Of a stretch of DNA of 64,000 nt, positions 33,901 through 44,919 are shown in pieces. The position numbers and the translations under genes were made by a program. The stretch spans positions 12,338,001 to 12,402,000 of the forward strand of contig NC_045713.1 of the NCBI RefSeq assembly GCF_009834535.1, read 5' to 3'. The notes under the pieces are model-generated. The model had not been told where the DNA came from. It worked only from the letters and a program-made list of their open reading frames with translations, and did not search any database. Origin of the DNA: Camelus ferus (taxonomy: Eukaryota). Numbering within the stretch: the first letter of the stretch is position 1; the number at the start of each line of letters is the position of its first letter.

Positions 33901-35419
33901 CCCTACCAAGACCCCCAGATTTCCTTGGCAGCGGAAGGGAGTTCACACACTCAAAGGTCAAAAATCCAGCCGTCGTCCCTAGAGCCAGTCAGTGGCAGGG
34001 CTGGGACCAATGAATACATACGTGAATTTCCACTGTCCCTTCCGTCTTGCTTTGGACCTGGGGGCTGAGACGGATGGCAAACTCCAGTCACCAGTAGCAA
34101 AATCCTCACTCCCCTGCATAGTGCTGGCCTCGGGTCCCCCAGGAGCAGAAAGCTCGCCCTGCCTGGACCAGGAGGCCCCTGACAGGAACCTTCTGAGGTC
34201 ACCTGAGTGTAATTCCTAATGGCAGCTCTTCAGTTTCTTTGAAGCCAATAAACAGCAGGCCAAGGACTGTGCTGGTGCAAGTAGGAAAAGAAGGACTCCA
34301 GGCTCCTGCCCCAGAGAGCCTGCCCCCTCCCCTAAAACTACTCTCCTGAAACGCCAGCTGTATCTTCCTGCTCCCTTTCGTGTCTTCCCTATAGAATCCC
34401 CGAAGTCCTCTTCCGGCCCCCCGTTGTATCTCCAAGTCTGTGTTTCCGGGGTGAAGTGCTCCATGCGTGAGCTCTCTTCCAATTTATGTTTTACAGTTAT
34501 TGACACTTCACTTTCTCCTCAAGTGCAGAGTTTGTTAAAGGAGGTTTTAGGTATGTGAACTTCGGGATTGTTGGAGGAGCTGCTTCGCCGCCTGCTGTGG
34601 CGCTTGGGGCGTTGTAAGTACTCGGCAAATGCCAAGGAGGGTGCAGCTGGTGGTCAGAGAGAATGTGTTCGATTTAGGTGTCGAGAAGCCTCCATCGGCA
34701 GCCTGAGATAAGCCTGATCCAAAGGAAGCCAACTTCAGGAAAACTTCAGAAAGGAAGTTTCTCCAGGACACAAGAAGGACCAGGGAAGGGATAGGAGCAG
34801 CGTGGGATCCCTGAGCAGGGCCTCTGGACCGCCAAGAAGGCCGGCCAGCCCACCCTGAAACCACACCAGAGGGCCGCTTGCATTCCAGATCGTAAAGGAA
34901 TGACTTGGACAACCGTGGATGTGGGCCAGGGGGCCATGAGACCCCAGACCGCCATCCTCACTTGACTGAGGATGACCCTGGGGCTCAGGTAGGTCACAGA
35001 CCGATCCAGAGACAGCTGGGATTCAACCTTCAGAGCCTGGCTCTCAGTTCTTACTCTGCTGCCTCTCTGAGCAGCTCTCGAGTGTCTCTGATGAGGCGAC
35101 AGGTTAGCAGAGGCCTGGGTAAAGTGAAGGAGTGAGAACGTGGCCCTCTGGGGGAAGAGGGACGTGGACAGAGGGAACATCAAGTGCAAAGGCCCAGGAC
35201 CAGCAAGGAGGCCAGGTGGCTGGAGCCCAGGCCCAGGGGGCCGAGTCACACATGGGTTCAGAGAGCCTTGAGGGAGAGGGCCTCTGGCGCCGTGGCATAG
35301 CAGCCATGAGATCGTGAGGAAACTCTGAAGGGACGTGTTGCTACGCAGTGTACACGAGGGTAGTTGTAAATGCAGAAGGATGAGTGAGTGCCAGTGTAAG
35401 TTTCACCGATGGCATTAAG

Positions 35420-36040
35420 TAGGTGTGACAGCCAGACCCTAGGTGGCCCCCGTGATCTCTGTGCCCTGTATAACCCTCTCCTTGAACGTGGACTGACCCG
35501 TGACATCCTTCTAGCTAGCAGAACACTGCAAAGATGGAGGGATTTTGCAGATGTAATTGATTCTGAGGGAGTTGACATGAAGATTATTGTGGATGAACTT
35601 GGTTTAATTAGGTAAAAGCCCTTTTGAGAGGGACCTGGCTCTTTCTGAGGCTAGAAACTCTCTCCAGCTGGCCCTGCAGAAGCAAACAGCCAGGCTGTGA
35701 ACAGCCTCTGGGGACCATGGGCAGCCGCTAGGATCCAAGGGCAGCCAACAGCCGGCAGGAAGCCCTCAGTCATCGCCTGCAAGGAAATGAATCCTGCCAA
35801 CAACTCGTCCAGGCCTGGCAGCCAGTGGATTCGTCTCCCTCACACTTCCAGGTGAGCATGTGGCCCTGCCTACCCTTCCCTATCACAGCCCTGTGAGACC
35901 TCTGAGCAGAAGGCCAGCTAAGCCGAGCGCTGACTCCTGACCCATGCAAGCCCCAGAAACCGCGAGATAATTAATGGGCACTATTTTCAGCTGCTAAACC
36001 TGTGGTCGTCTGATGTGTAGCACAGAAAGCTAACACAGTG
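35420..36040 (+). mobile_element. MLT1E/F/G-like MaLR LTR
   Basis: 'gaatcctgccaacaac', 'ccagctaagccg...tcctgaccc...gagataattaatg...aagctaacaca'. Confidence 0.7.
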
Positions 36041-36610
36041 GGAGACTGCTAACGTATAGGTCTGTTGTTTCTCCCCTGATTACAAGGTGATGCTGTGTAC
36101 TTGCTTCTGTCTGCGTAAGTAGAAACTGGTAAGTGCATGGGCCACAGGGACAAAGCCAGTGGCCCCAGAAAAAGCAGGAAGTGTCCACACTGGTAGTCAC
36201 TCGTGAGAACCGGGGGTGGGGGCTGCTGCAGGGCTCACACACACAGAGCAGGCTCTGCACCCCTGCCCCCAACCCTAGCATCCTGAAGAGAAGACTTAAC
36301 CATAGAGATTCAATCTTCGTTTCTTGGCGATGGAACTTTGAGACTGGCCTGGCTAATTTTAATGCAATACCAATAAGACAAACATAAACTTTTAATAATG
36401 CTAACAGGTCAAGTCACTAATTCATAAAGACAGGACCAGATTAGTCAATCATGAAAACCCAGAGATGATGTAACACGACCAAGCAAGACTTTACAAGTGC
36501 ATCATTTTAGGGGAGACACAAGGTGGCAAAGAGCTAAAAACCCGTGTGATCGGTTTCAGCTTTCAAATCTGATCAATGCTGCAAATGACATTTACTGATA
36601 AACAGCAACA

Positions 36611-36725
36611 TTTTTTTACCCAATTTTTTTGGGGGGGGTAATTAGGTTTATTTATCTCTGGAGGAGGTACTCAGGATCAAACCCAGGACCTTGTGCATGC
36701 TAAGCTCATGCTCTACCCTCCCCCC
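36611..36725 (-). mobile_element. tRNA-Ala-derived SINE, internally deleted
   Basis: Antisense 'gggggtaattaggtttattt...cccaggaccttgtgcatgctaag'; flanking taaacagca duplication. Confidence 0.85.
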
Positions 36726-37475
36726 AGTAAACAGCAGCTTTTAATCTGATGGCCTTGGGAAGAGCAATCTAGCCCCAGCCCTGGCCAGGAGTCAGTCCAC
36801 CTGTAACTGAAATGCCTTAACTCGGCTGATTAGAGATGGTGTTTCTTTTTCCCTGGGGCCTTCAATCCTGGAAAAACATCAGAATAAGCATAGTTGTAAC
36901 CTGAAAAAAGTATTTGAAAAAAAAAGTGAAGGAACTAACTCTTTGGATGTTACTCTTTGGAGTAAGGAATTGGTTTTGTCATCATTATATCAATATATGC
37001 TTTATTTCCTGAGGTGTTTGCAGTATTTAAAAGAATCAACCATGCCATATTTATACATGCAGGTGACATCGTTTACGAGGATCCCTTTAATGTATTTGTA
37101 GTTGTTGTTTAGATGTGCCAAAAAAAAAAAAGAGGAAGAGTTCTAAAATTTGGTTTATTGGATATGAGTTAAATGGAATGTTAAGCAAAGCACAAGCAGT
37201 GTCTTCGTCTCTGTGTCGGACGCTCCCGGGACAATTGGGAAACTCATCCACAGGGGTAAGGGATCTGGGTCTGGAATCTGAGTGCAGGACCTGGCCTTCC
37301 AAAGAGCAGGGGCAGATATTGATATGTCAGAGGACATAGAGCACGGGCATCTCGATGGAGGGACAAAGATCTCCAAGCGGAAAAAGCAAATTGCACCACA
37401 ACACAGATGTTTCCCACTGTGGGGAACACATCCACCCTAGTCAATTATGTATACAGTAACTAACAAGACAAGATT

Positions 37476-37608
37476 GGAGGGGAAGGTACAGCTCAAGCGG
37501 TCGCGCACATGCTCGGCATACACAAGGTCCTGGGTTCAATCCCCAGTACCTCCACTGAAAAAGGTAATTAAATAAACCCAATCCTCTCCCCCCAAATAAA
37601 AATACATG
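37476..37608 (+). mobile_element. tRNA-Ala-derived SINE
   Basis: 'ggtacagctcaagcgg...ggtcctgggttcaatccccagtacctcca' with A-rich tail. Confidence 0.85.
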
Positions 37609-40078
37609 AAAATAGTGCCTTTAAAACAAAAATATTTTAAATGTGGGTAGCGCCAAAGACAAAAATATTCCACAATATCCAGCTGTGCTTATTGTAATGA
37701 TGGGAACTTCAGGTAATAGTTCAGATTGGAAAACAGATTCCTCAGGTCACACGTGGTGAGCAGCTAGGAACACGCCCACGTGTCACACCTGGTACCATTT
37801 TCCACCTGCAGCAGCTGAAGGGCTGAAGTCCGTGGACAGAGGACACCCCTCTGGGCTCCTCCTGCCAGCTCGGGTTCACAGACCCCGGTAGGTGCCCATC
37901 TCCCAGTGGAGGCAGTGCAGACCTGAAGATCCCCCTTCCTTGGGTTGGAACCGCAGAAGGAATGCATCTTCTGAAAGGGGAACCACCCACAAAAGCCAAC
38001 AAATGAACAACGGTCCCATTTGAGAGAGGCCTGGTTCCTGGAATTTCAGGGGCCATTCTTGCCTACAGTCCTCGCCCCACCTGTCCCGGCTGACACTTCC
38101 TAGGGACACAGGAGAAGGTCTGATGCTGGGCCTTTGTCACATCTTGTTCTCACCTGGCTGGCTCTCCAGTCCCTACCTGGTAAGTCAGGGTTTTTATCGG
38201 GATCCCATGGGCACTGCTATTAAAGGGGCTTCTTCCCGCTCCCAGGGGTGAAATCCAGTCAGAGATACCACGAACCTCTTCTGGCAGGACTCTGCGCTCA
38301 GAACCTGAGAATCTTGGTGGCAGGGCAGGATTATGAGGCTGCATTCTGTGCCCCCACAGGGGCCCAGCCCAGCCCTCCCCGGCCTTCCTGCCCCGCGATT
38401 GCCCCACCCGGGAGGCCGTCCCTGTCACTCCTTCATGTCGCCCACTGCCCATCTTCTGCTGGAGCGTAAGGGGGCTCTTACCAGCCCCTTCCTCAGGCTC
38501 CCTCCCACCGCCCAGGGGTATCTCCCTGAAGCCAGCCATGTCCACGGTGCAAGCAGCAGGTAGGAGGGGTCAGGGTGGGCCTGTCCAGCAGAGGGGATGG
38601 AGCAGGCTGCCGGGGTAGTGGAGTGCGGCCCTCACAGCAGAGGTGGCCTCTCCGTCCTCAGGACTCCTGCCCTCTGCTGTCCTCCAGGCCCACTTGTTTT
38701 ACAAAGCCAGGGCCAGGTGACCATACGGTTTCTTCTGTCTCCCTCTGCGGCCCACAGGAGAACTGGGTGTCACTGGCCAAAGAGAATAATGGCAGAGAGA
38801 GAGGGTGACCAGGACCCTCACAGGCCCTGCAGGGCCCCATAAAAATCACAACCTGGGGGTGGCCTGCAGAGGTCCCTTCCTGACCTAAGGAAGTGCCCCC
38901 TCCTCTCAACTCGGGCGCGGTCATTTGCTTCCCCCAAGCCAGAGAAGATGCCTGGCTGTCACCAAATTTGGTGCCCTGGTCAGTGGTCACAGGTTCACTT
39001 GGTGGCAGATTTCGAAGGGAGATGCCTTCTGTAAATCTAAGTAACTTCCACTGGCGTCTGGCAGAGGGTAGGAAATCTGAGAGGCAGGTCACTCTAATCA
39101 CACAAAAGCATCGAGTGGGTCCCAAAGAGCTGGAATCATCTTAACGGGCATCTCCCCTACTCTCTGGGGACTCTCAATTTGATAAAACCGGGAATGACCT
39201 TCTGGAACGGTCCAGACCTATTTCTAGCCTGGAACAGGGGATGCCCCCAATGGGGTGGGGAGAAGACACAAGGGACTTCAGTGGGCCTGACCCAGGGGGG
39301 AGACGGGCTCTTTCCTCATCTCCAAGTTGAGGGTGACTTGGTGATACCTGAATGTCACAGCCCTGGTACGAAGTGTGACTCCCGCATGGTGCGCAATGCA
39401 CAGAGTGTGACAAACGTTGGTTTCTCCCTTGAAGTTCCGTTGAGAGACGGCCATTCTGGAAGGTGATGAGATCAAACAGCCCCCACAGAAGGGATGCTGT
39501 TATAGTTCTGAAAGGATGTTGGACGTCTCCGTGTAAGAAAGCTCGGCTCCCGAAGGTGAAGTGACTCATTCAGGCCACACAGGGAGACTGTAGAGCAGTT
39601 CCCACCACGGTCCGCTTCCTCCGCGTGCTTCCCCCAACATCCAAATGTGCCTGAAATTCTCTTGGCTTCCCCCAGCCCCCAGCCAAGAAGTCTTGGAGAA
39701 GCACCCTGTTCTCTTCCTCTGAATTTGGCAGAGATAAAAGGCATTCAATTAGTTTTGCGCATGGTTTCCATAAACGTGTTGACGTCCATGTTTTAGCCAA
39801 CTATTATTGGTCTAGATATGTCAGTTACGTCTGTTAACACTGGGCTGCCTTTCAGAGGCTTAATTTAAGCACAGCTGTTTGGTAACTTATTTTGCTAGAA
39901 AGTTGCTGTCTGGAATTTATTCTATGTTCTTGTGAGAATTGCTAGAAAATATTGACAAAGAGACGCTTTCTATGTTTCATTGCATGAGTAAGTGTACTCT
40001 ACTGGGCAGGATTATGCAGTGAGGACCACCCCTTAGTGAATGAAGGGCCTTGTCTGGATTTCAACATAGCAGTATATA

Positions 40079-40360
40079 CAGTCAGGACTCAGAGATAATT
40101 GCGGGTTCAGGTTCCAGACCATCGCAAGTAAAGCGAGTCACACGAATTTTTTGGTTTCCCAGTGCATAGGACAGTGATGTTTATATTACACAGTAGTTTT
40201 TCAAGTGTACAACAGCATTATGTCCAAAAAACCAATATGCATGTCTCACTTAAGAAATACTTTATTGCTAGAAAATGCTAACCATCATCTGAGCCTTCAG
40301 TCATAGTAGTAACATCAAAGATCACAGGTCACTGTGACAAATTTAATAATGAAAGAGTTT
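40079..40360 (+). mobile_element. Tigger2a/MER28-like Tc1-mariner DNA transposon, truncated by the gap
   Basis: 'gagataattgcgggttcaggttccagacca...aaagcgagtcacacgaattttttggtttcccagtgcat'. Confidence 0.8.
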
Positions 40361-40537
40361 NNNNNNNNNNNNNNNNNNNNNNNNNNNNNNNNNNNNNNNN
40401 NNNNNNNNNNNNNNNNNNNNNNNNNNNNNNNNNNNNNNNNNNNNNNNNNNNNNNNNNNNNNNNNNNNNNNNNNNNNNNNNNNNNNNNNNNNNNNNNNNNN
40501 NNNNNNNNNNNNNNNNNNNNNNNNNNNNNNNNNNNNN
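40361..40537. other. Assembly gap (177 N)
   Basis: Directly visible. Confidence 1.
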
Positions 40538-41829
40538 GAAAACTGACCACGTGACTTGCACGAGATTGTCATCTGTGATGTGTACAAACCTATGTGCTTA
40601 ATTTATAAAATGTTTAGAAATATTTGCCCAAGAGAACTGTTAGGCTTACCACAGGCTTACCATAAAATTTTAAACTCAGTGTTTATCTAAGATAAACATT
40701 TAGCAAATATTTGATGAGGGCTTTCTCTGAGCCGGGCACTTGTAGTCAGCTACAGCCTTGGATTTTGAAATATTTGCTTCCTTTCTTTTTTTTTTCCCCC
40801 ACAATCCCAACCACGTGAGGTACTAACTGCTTGAATGTACAAACAGCTCACGTGCTGGGTGAGCATTTCCCTAAATCCTGCCAGAAACCATGTGATCCTG
40901 GTTTTGGTTTCCTTTGGTTACATCTGAGGAGAGTCCTTGGTGATGGTCAAGGTTTGGAGGCCAGTGGCACCTTCCCCGGATCCCCACCCCCCACCCCCAG
41001 TCAGGGGCCAGCACATCCACTGCCCCAACCAGGTTCCCTCCTGGGCACTCCCAGAGGAAAACACACACGTGTAGCAGTTAAAATCTATTCTCACTTGTAC
41101 AGAAATGGCAATGCTAAAGAAAAATTTCTGTTAATGTACACATGATGTAAAAGTGGACTGGGAGCAGAACTGCAGCCATCTGAAAAATATGCCTAGAGAA
41201 AGGTAGGTTCCAAGTCTGCATCGAGAAGAATGTCTTCCCACTGAAATCAGCACACAGTGGCTAGCTTTTCTCCTGCACTTGGCATGAAGGCCGCATGCTG
41301 TGATGGTGAGGGTTGCATGCTGGATCTGGGATCTGAAGATCCAACTTCTGTGGTTGGGATACTGCGGAAAAGTCATGGAACTTCTTTGTGTTTTGGTTTC
41401 CTCATCAAGCAATTAGGGGATGTCAATGCCCACTTCACAGGATGACCTTCAAAATGAGCTGGGATAGCAGTAGCTTGTAGGTGAGATTACTCCTGGAAGC
41501 TGACCTTGTTTCCTGTTTCATATAGAAAACAGAAGCCATCGGAAGAGAGCATCCCTCTGTCCACCCACCCACCTGCCCCTGGGCCCACGTGCTCCACCTT
41601 CTCCCGTTTCTGTGCATGACTTCTGGGATCCCACCAGGGACATCCTCCTCCTCCCCTCGTCGCACATCCTCTTCTTCTGCATCCATTTGTTCCCATCAAT
41701 TTATAAACATTCTGTTACTTCCCCTTCCCTTAAAACACAGGCGAACTAGCAAACACACAAAAGCTGGTCCTTCTGGCCTCCTCACCAACTCTCCTACCTC
41801 AGTCCAGGCTCCGCCCACTTTCTGAACAC

Positions 41830-42050
41830 GCCCACTCAGAACGCCGATGGAAAATCACCCACGACTGCACCGCCTTGCCGCCTCACTCCCTGTGCCCTTC
41901 ACCCTACTCTTTCTCCCCGTGGCACCTACCACTTTCTAACACGTTCCCCATTCCGGTAAAGTGTCAGCTCCACAAGGAAGGATGTCGCCAGTTTTGTAGC
42001 ATCCTGGGGGCAGAGTCTGTGCTCCAGAGTACTCGTGGGTGAACGTCCGT
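41830..42050 (+). mobile_element. L2 3' fragment
   Basis: 'aaagtgtcagctccacaaggaagg' L2 terminal motif. Confidence 0.5.
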
Positions 42051-44301
42051 TAGCCACTGAGATGGGCTCAGATCTTTAACTTTATCCTAAGGATGGTGCT
42101 TCACAGATGCATACACTTTCCTTTGGTGAAGTGTGGGTTTCAGGATATGCGCGTACCAAGCTCGCCTGGGCTGCTGGCCTCCCCACCCGTCCCTGTCCCT
42201 GTCCCCTCCTGCTGGCTCCTCCTGACCCACAGCCAGGTTCTGGCACCACTGTCACCTGAGCCAGAAACTTGAGGGTCCTGGATCTCCCACATCCACCCAG
42301 GAGGTCACCAGATCTCAATGGGCTCTTCACCTCTCTCACACCTGGCCTCTCCTCTCCCTTTCCCAAGCCGTCCCATTCTCTTGGATCCCCCACCTCCTGT
42401 CACCCTTCACACTGAGACAGAGTCATTTTTCTAGTACCTGATCTGATGCTCTTCCTTCTCTGTTTAATAACTCCTTGCGGTTTAGCAAGAGGTTTTCCCC
42501 AGGATGCAATCCCAACTCCAACATCCAGCACCGCCTCCCCTGGTCCAGCCCCGCCCTTGCCTCCTGGAGACCCTCCCAGGGCTCCGGCCACACCCAGAGA
42601 CTTAAGAGTCTTAGCGGGTCCTGGGTTGCTGCCCGCTCTCTACGTGGAATGCTGGTCCCCTGGTCCAGGGGCATCCAGGGCTCACTGGGACCGATGACTC
42701 TCACCCACAATCTTCACTGCCCTATCGCTCACTGTCTGGCATGCTATCTAACTGCTTTTTTTGTTGTGTCCCAGGCACCAGTTATCTTTTGACCCTCCAG
42801 GCCTTGCTTGGGGGAACCTGAGATAGAACTGCTCTCTTGGCTCAATGCACGAATGAAGGAGGAGGGGCCTGCTTTGTGGGGAAATCCCACATTCGCAGAT
42901 ACAGGTTTCCAAGCTGGAGGGCACTGCTGCGTGGGGTGGGGGAATCAATTCCTGGATGAGAAGGGAGCCAGAGGCTATGGATTTCCTGCAGTTTGATCAG
43001 CAACACAGACCTGGCGGGAAGGGAAAATTAACCATGAAACTGAAGGCACCTCTGCCAATTTGCCCTCAGTCTGATAGGAAAGGCATAGCAGTTGGCAAGG
43101 CAGGGAAGGATGGGGACCCCACAGCTGACCAGTGTTAGAGGGCCTGCCCAAGCGCACTTGCCTCGCTCCTTGGTGAGGCTTGGGGTTTCACCTCAGTTTT
43201 CTGTTGATTTCAGAGCTGCTCTCAACCTATGGTTCCTTGCTCACAGCTGTTCCCGCGGCGACCCCCCCCCCCCCTCCAGGCCAGCCGCAGCCAGGACCTC
43301 TGGTAGCCTGGAAGTCCTTGGTCACTCTGGGCCAGCCTCCGTTCTTGACCGGGCCCTCCCCCCACTGCCAGCCAGGCCCTTACATGGCCTGCCCCTCACT
43401 CCTCCCCACGAGATTGTTGGGACCATGACCAGTAAAGGAGATAAAAGACAGATGGGAAGGGGCTTCGAGGAACTACACTTGTGATAAACACGATGGTCTC
43501 CTATGAAAAGTTTAAAGTGAGGCGGGGTCTGAGAGTTGTCCCCAGGCTAGATCAAAGTGAGGGTCACATGAGAAAGGCGGTGAACCCCAAATGCTGCAGG
43601 AGGCCCTGGAGGGGTGCAGAGGAGCTAGAGTGTCAGGGGACCAAACTTGCACATTGTTCTGTTCAAAGTTTTATTACAAACCCATTAAGCACTAGCATGT
43701 GACTCTCAGGAGTGCTTTAGTGAGGGCTGCGGACAGAGAGGCCATTGCGGTCAAGTTTGGGTCTCTTCCCTCTTCCGAACTTGGCTCTGGGCTGTAGACT
43801 GGGAATCAGGACTTCCTGGGTTGCTGTGAAGATCTATGAACCGAGGAACAACAGTGGCACAGTGCCCGCCACGCAGTGGCGCCCGATATTTAGGGTTTGT
43901 TATTTGTAATTAGTGGTCACAATGCATATAAAATACCGAATTAATTTTGTCTAAAGAAAACCAAGGGAATGAGCCCCAGCTGAGAGCGAGCAGACACGGT
44001 TCCCATGCATCACTCGCTTTTTCCCTCGGGAGTTTGCGCTTCCACTGTCCCTGGCCGCGCCCTGATCGGGATCCCGGGTCGGTCAGAATGCGGAGTCCCC
44101 GGCCCCTATGCCCAGGGGCGGCGACAACCAGGGGGCGGCCTGCGGACTCCCCCGTCCAGGCCCCGCCTCCGGGCCGCCCCTGTCCCAGGCTCCTGCATTC
44201 TCCGGTGGTGGGTGGGCTCGGGACCCCGGACCTCCGGCCGGCCACGGGTCTCCGTCCTCCGAGATCGTTGGGACTGGACCTGGCGCTGGGAGGGAGAGGT
44301 C

Positions 44302-44304
<3 letters not shown>

Positions 44305-44372
<68 letters not shown>
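44305..44372. repeat. Interrupted (GT)n microsatellite in the BRI3 promoter
   Basis: About 33 GT units with one GG interruption at 44333-44334. Confidence 0.97.
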
Positions 44373-44373
<1 letters not shown>

Positions 44374-44777
44374 TCTCCTCGTGGTGTGACTCTGGGGCCG
44401 CAGATGTGGGGTGGGGAGGGGGAGGAGCAGGCGCAGCCGCGAAGCGGACCGTGTCACCGCCACCAAGCTACCGGCGGGGTGGTCGAGGGCGGGCGCGGCC
44501 CCTTTAAGACGCCGCCGGTCCCGCCCCGCACCGCCCCCTCGCCGGGAGCCGTGCCACGTGATCCGGGTCTTGTGACTGGCGGGGGGAGGCGCGGGGGGGA
44601 AGCCCGCGGCGCCCGCCTCCAGGGGGCCCAGCCCCGCCGCCGCCACCGCCGCCCGCGAGGAGCGGGTCCCGCCGCCGGGCGTCCGGGCGTCCCCGCGAGT
44701 CCGAGCCGGAGCCGGAGTCCCAGCGGGAGCGGGAGCGCGAGCGGGAGCCGGGCCGGGCGCGGTGGGCGCCGCCCGCC

Positions 44778-44919
44778 ATGGACCACAAGCCCCTGCTGCA
44801 GGAGCGGCCGCCCGCCTACAACCTGGAGGCCGGCCAGGGCGACTTCGCGTGCGGCCCGCACGGCTACGGCGCCATCCCCGCCGCCGCCCCGCCGCCGCCG
44901 TACCCCTACCTCGTCACAG
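44778..44919 (+). CDS. BRI3: BRI3 coding exon 1
   Basis: Strong Kozak cccgccATGG; ACAG|gtgggc donor. Confidence 0.95.

Noticed and set aside
40315-40587. ORFs spanning the N run
   Set aside because: Artefacts of the assembly gap.
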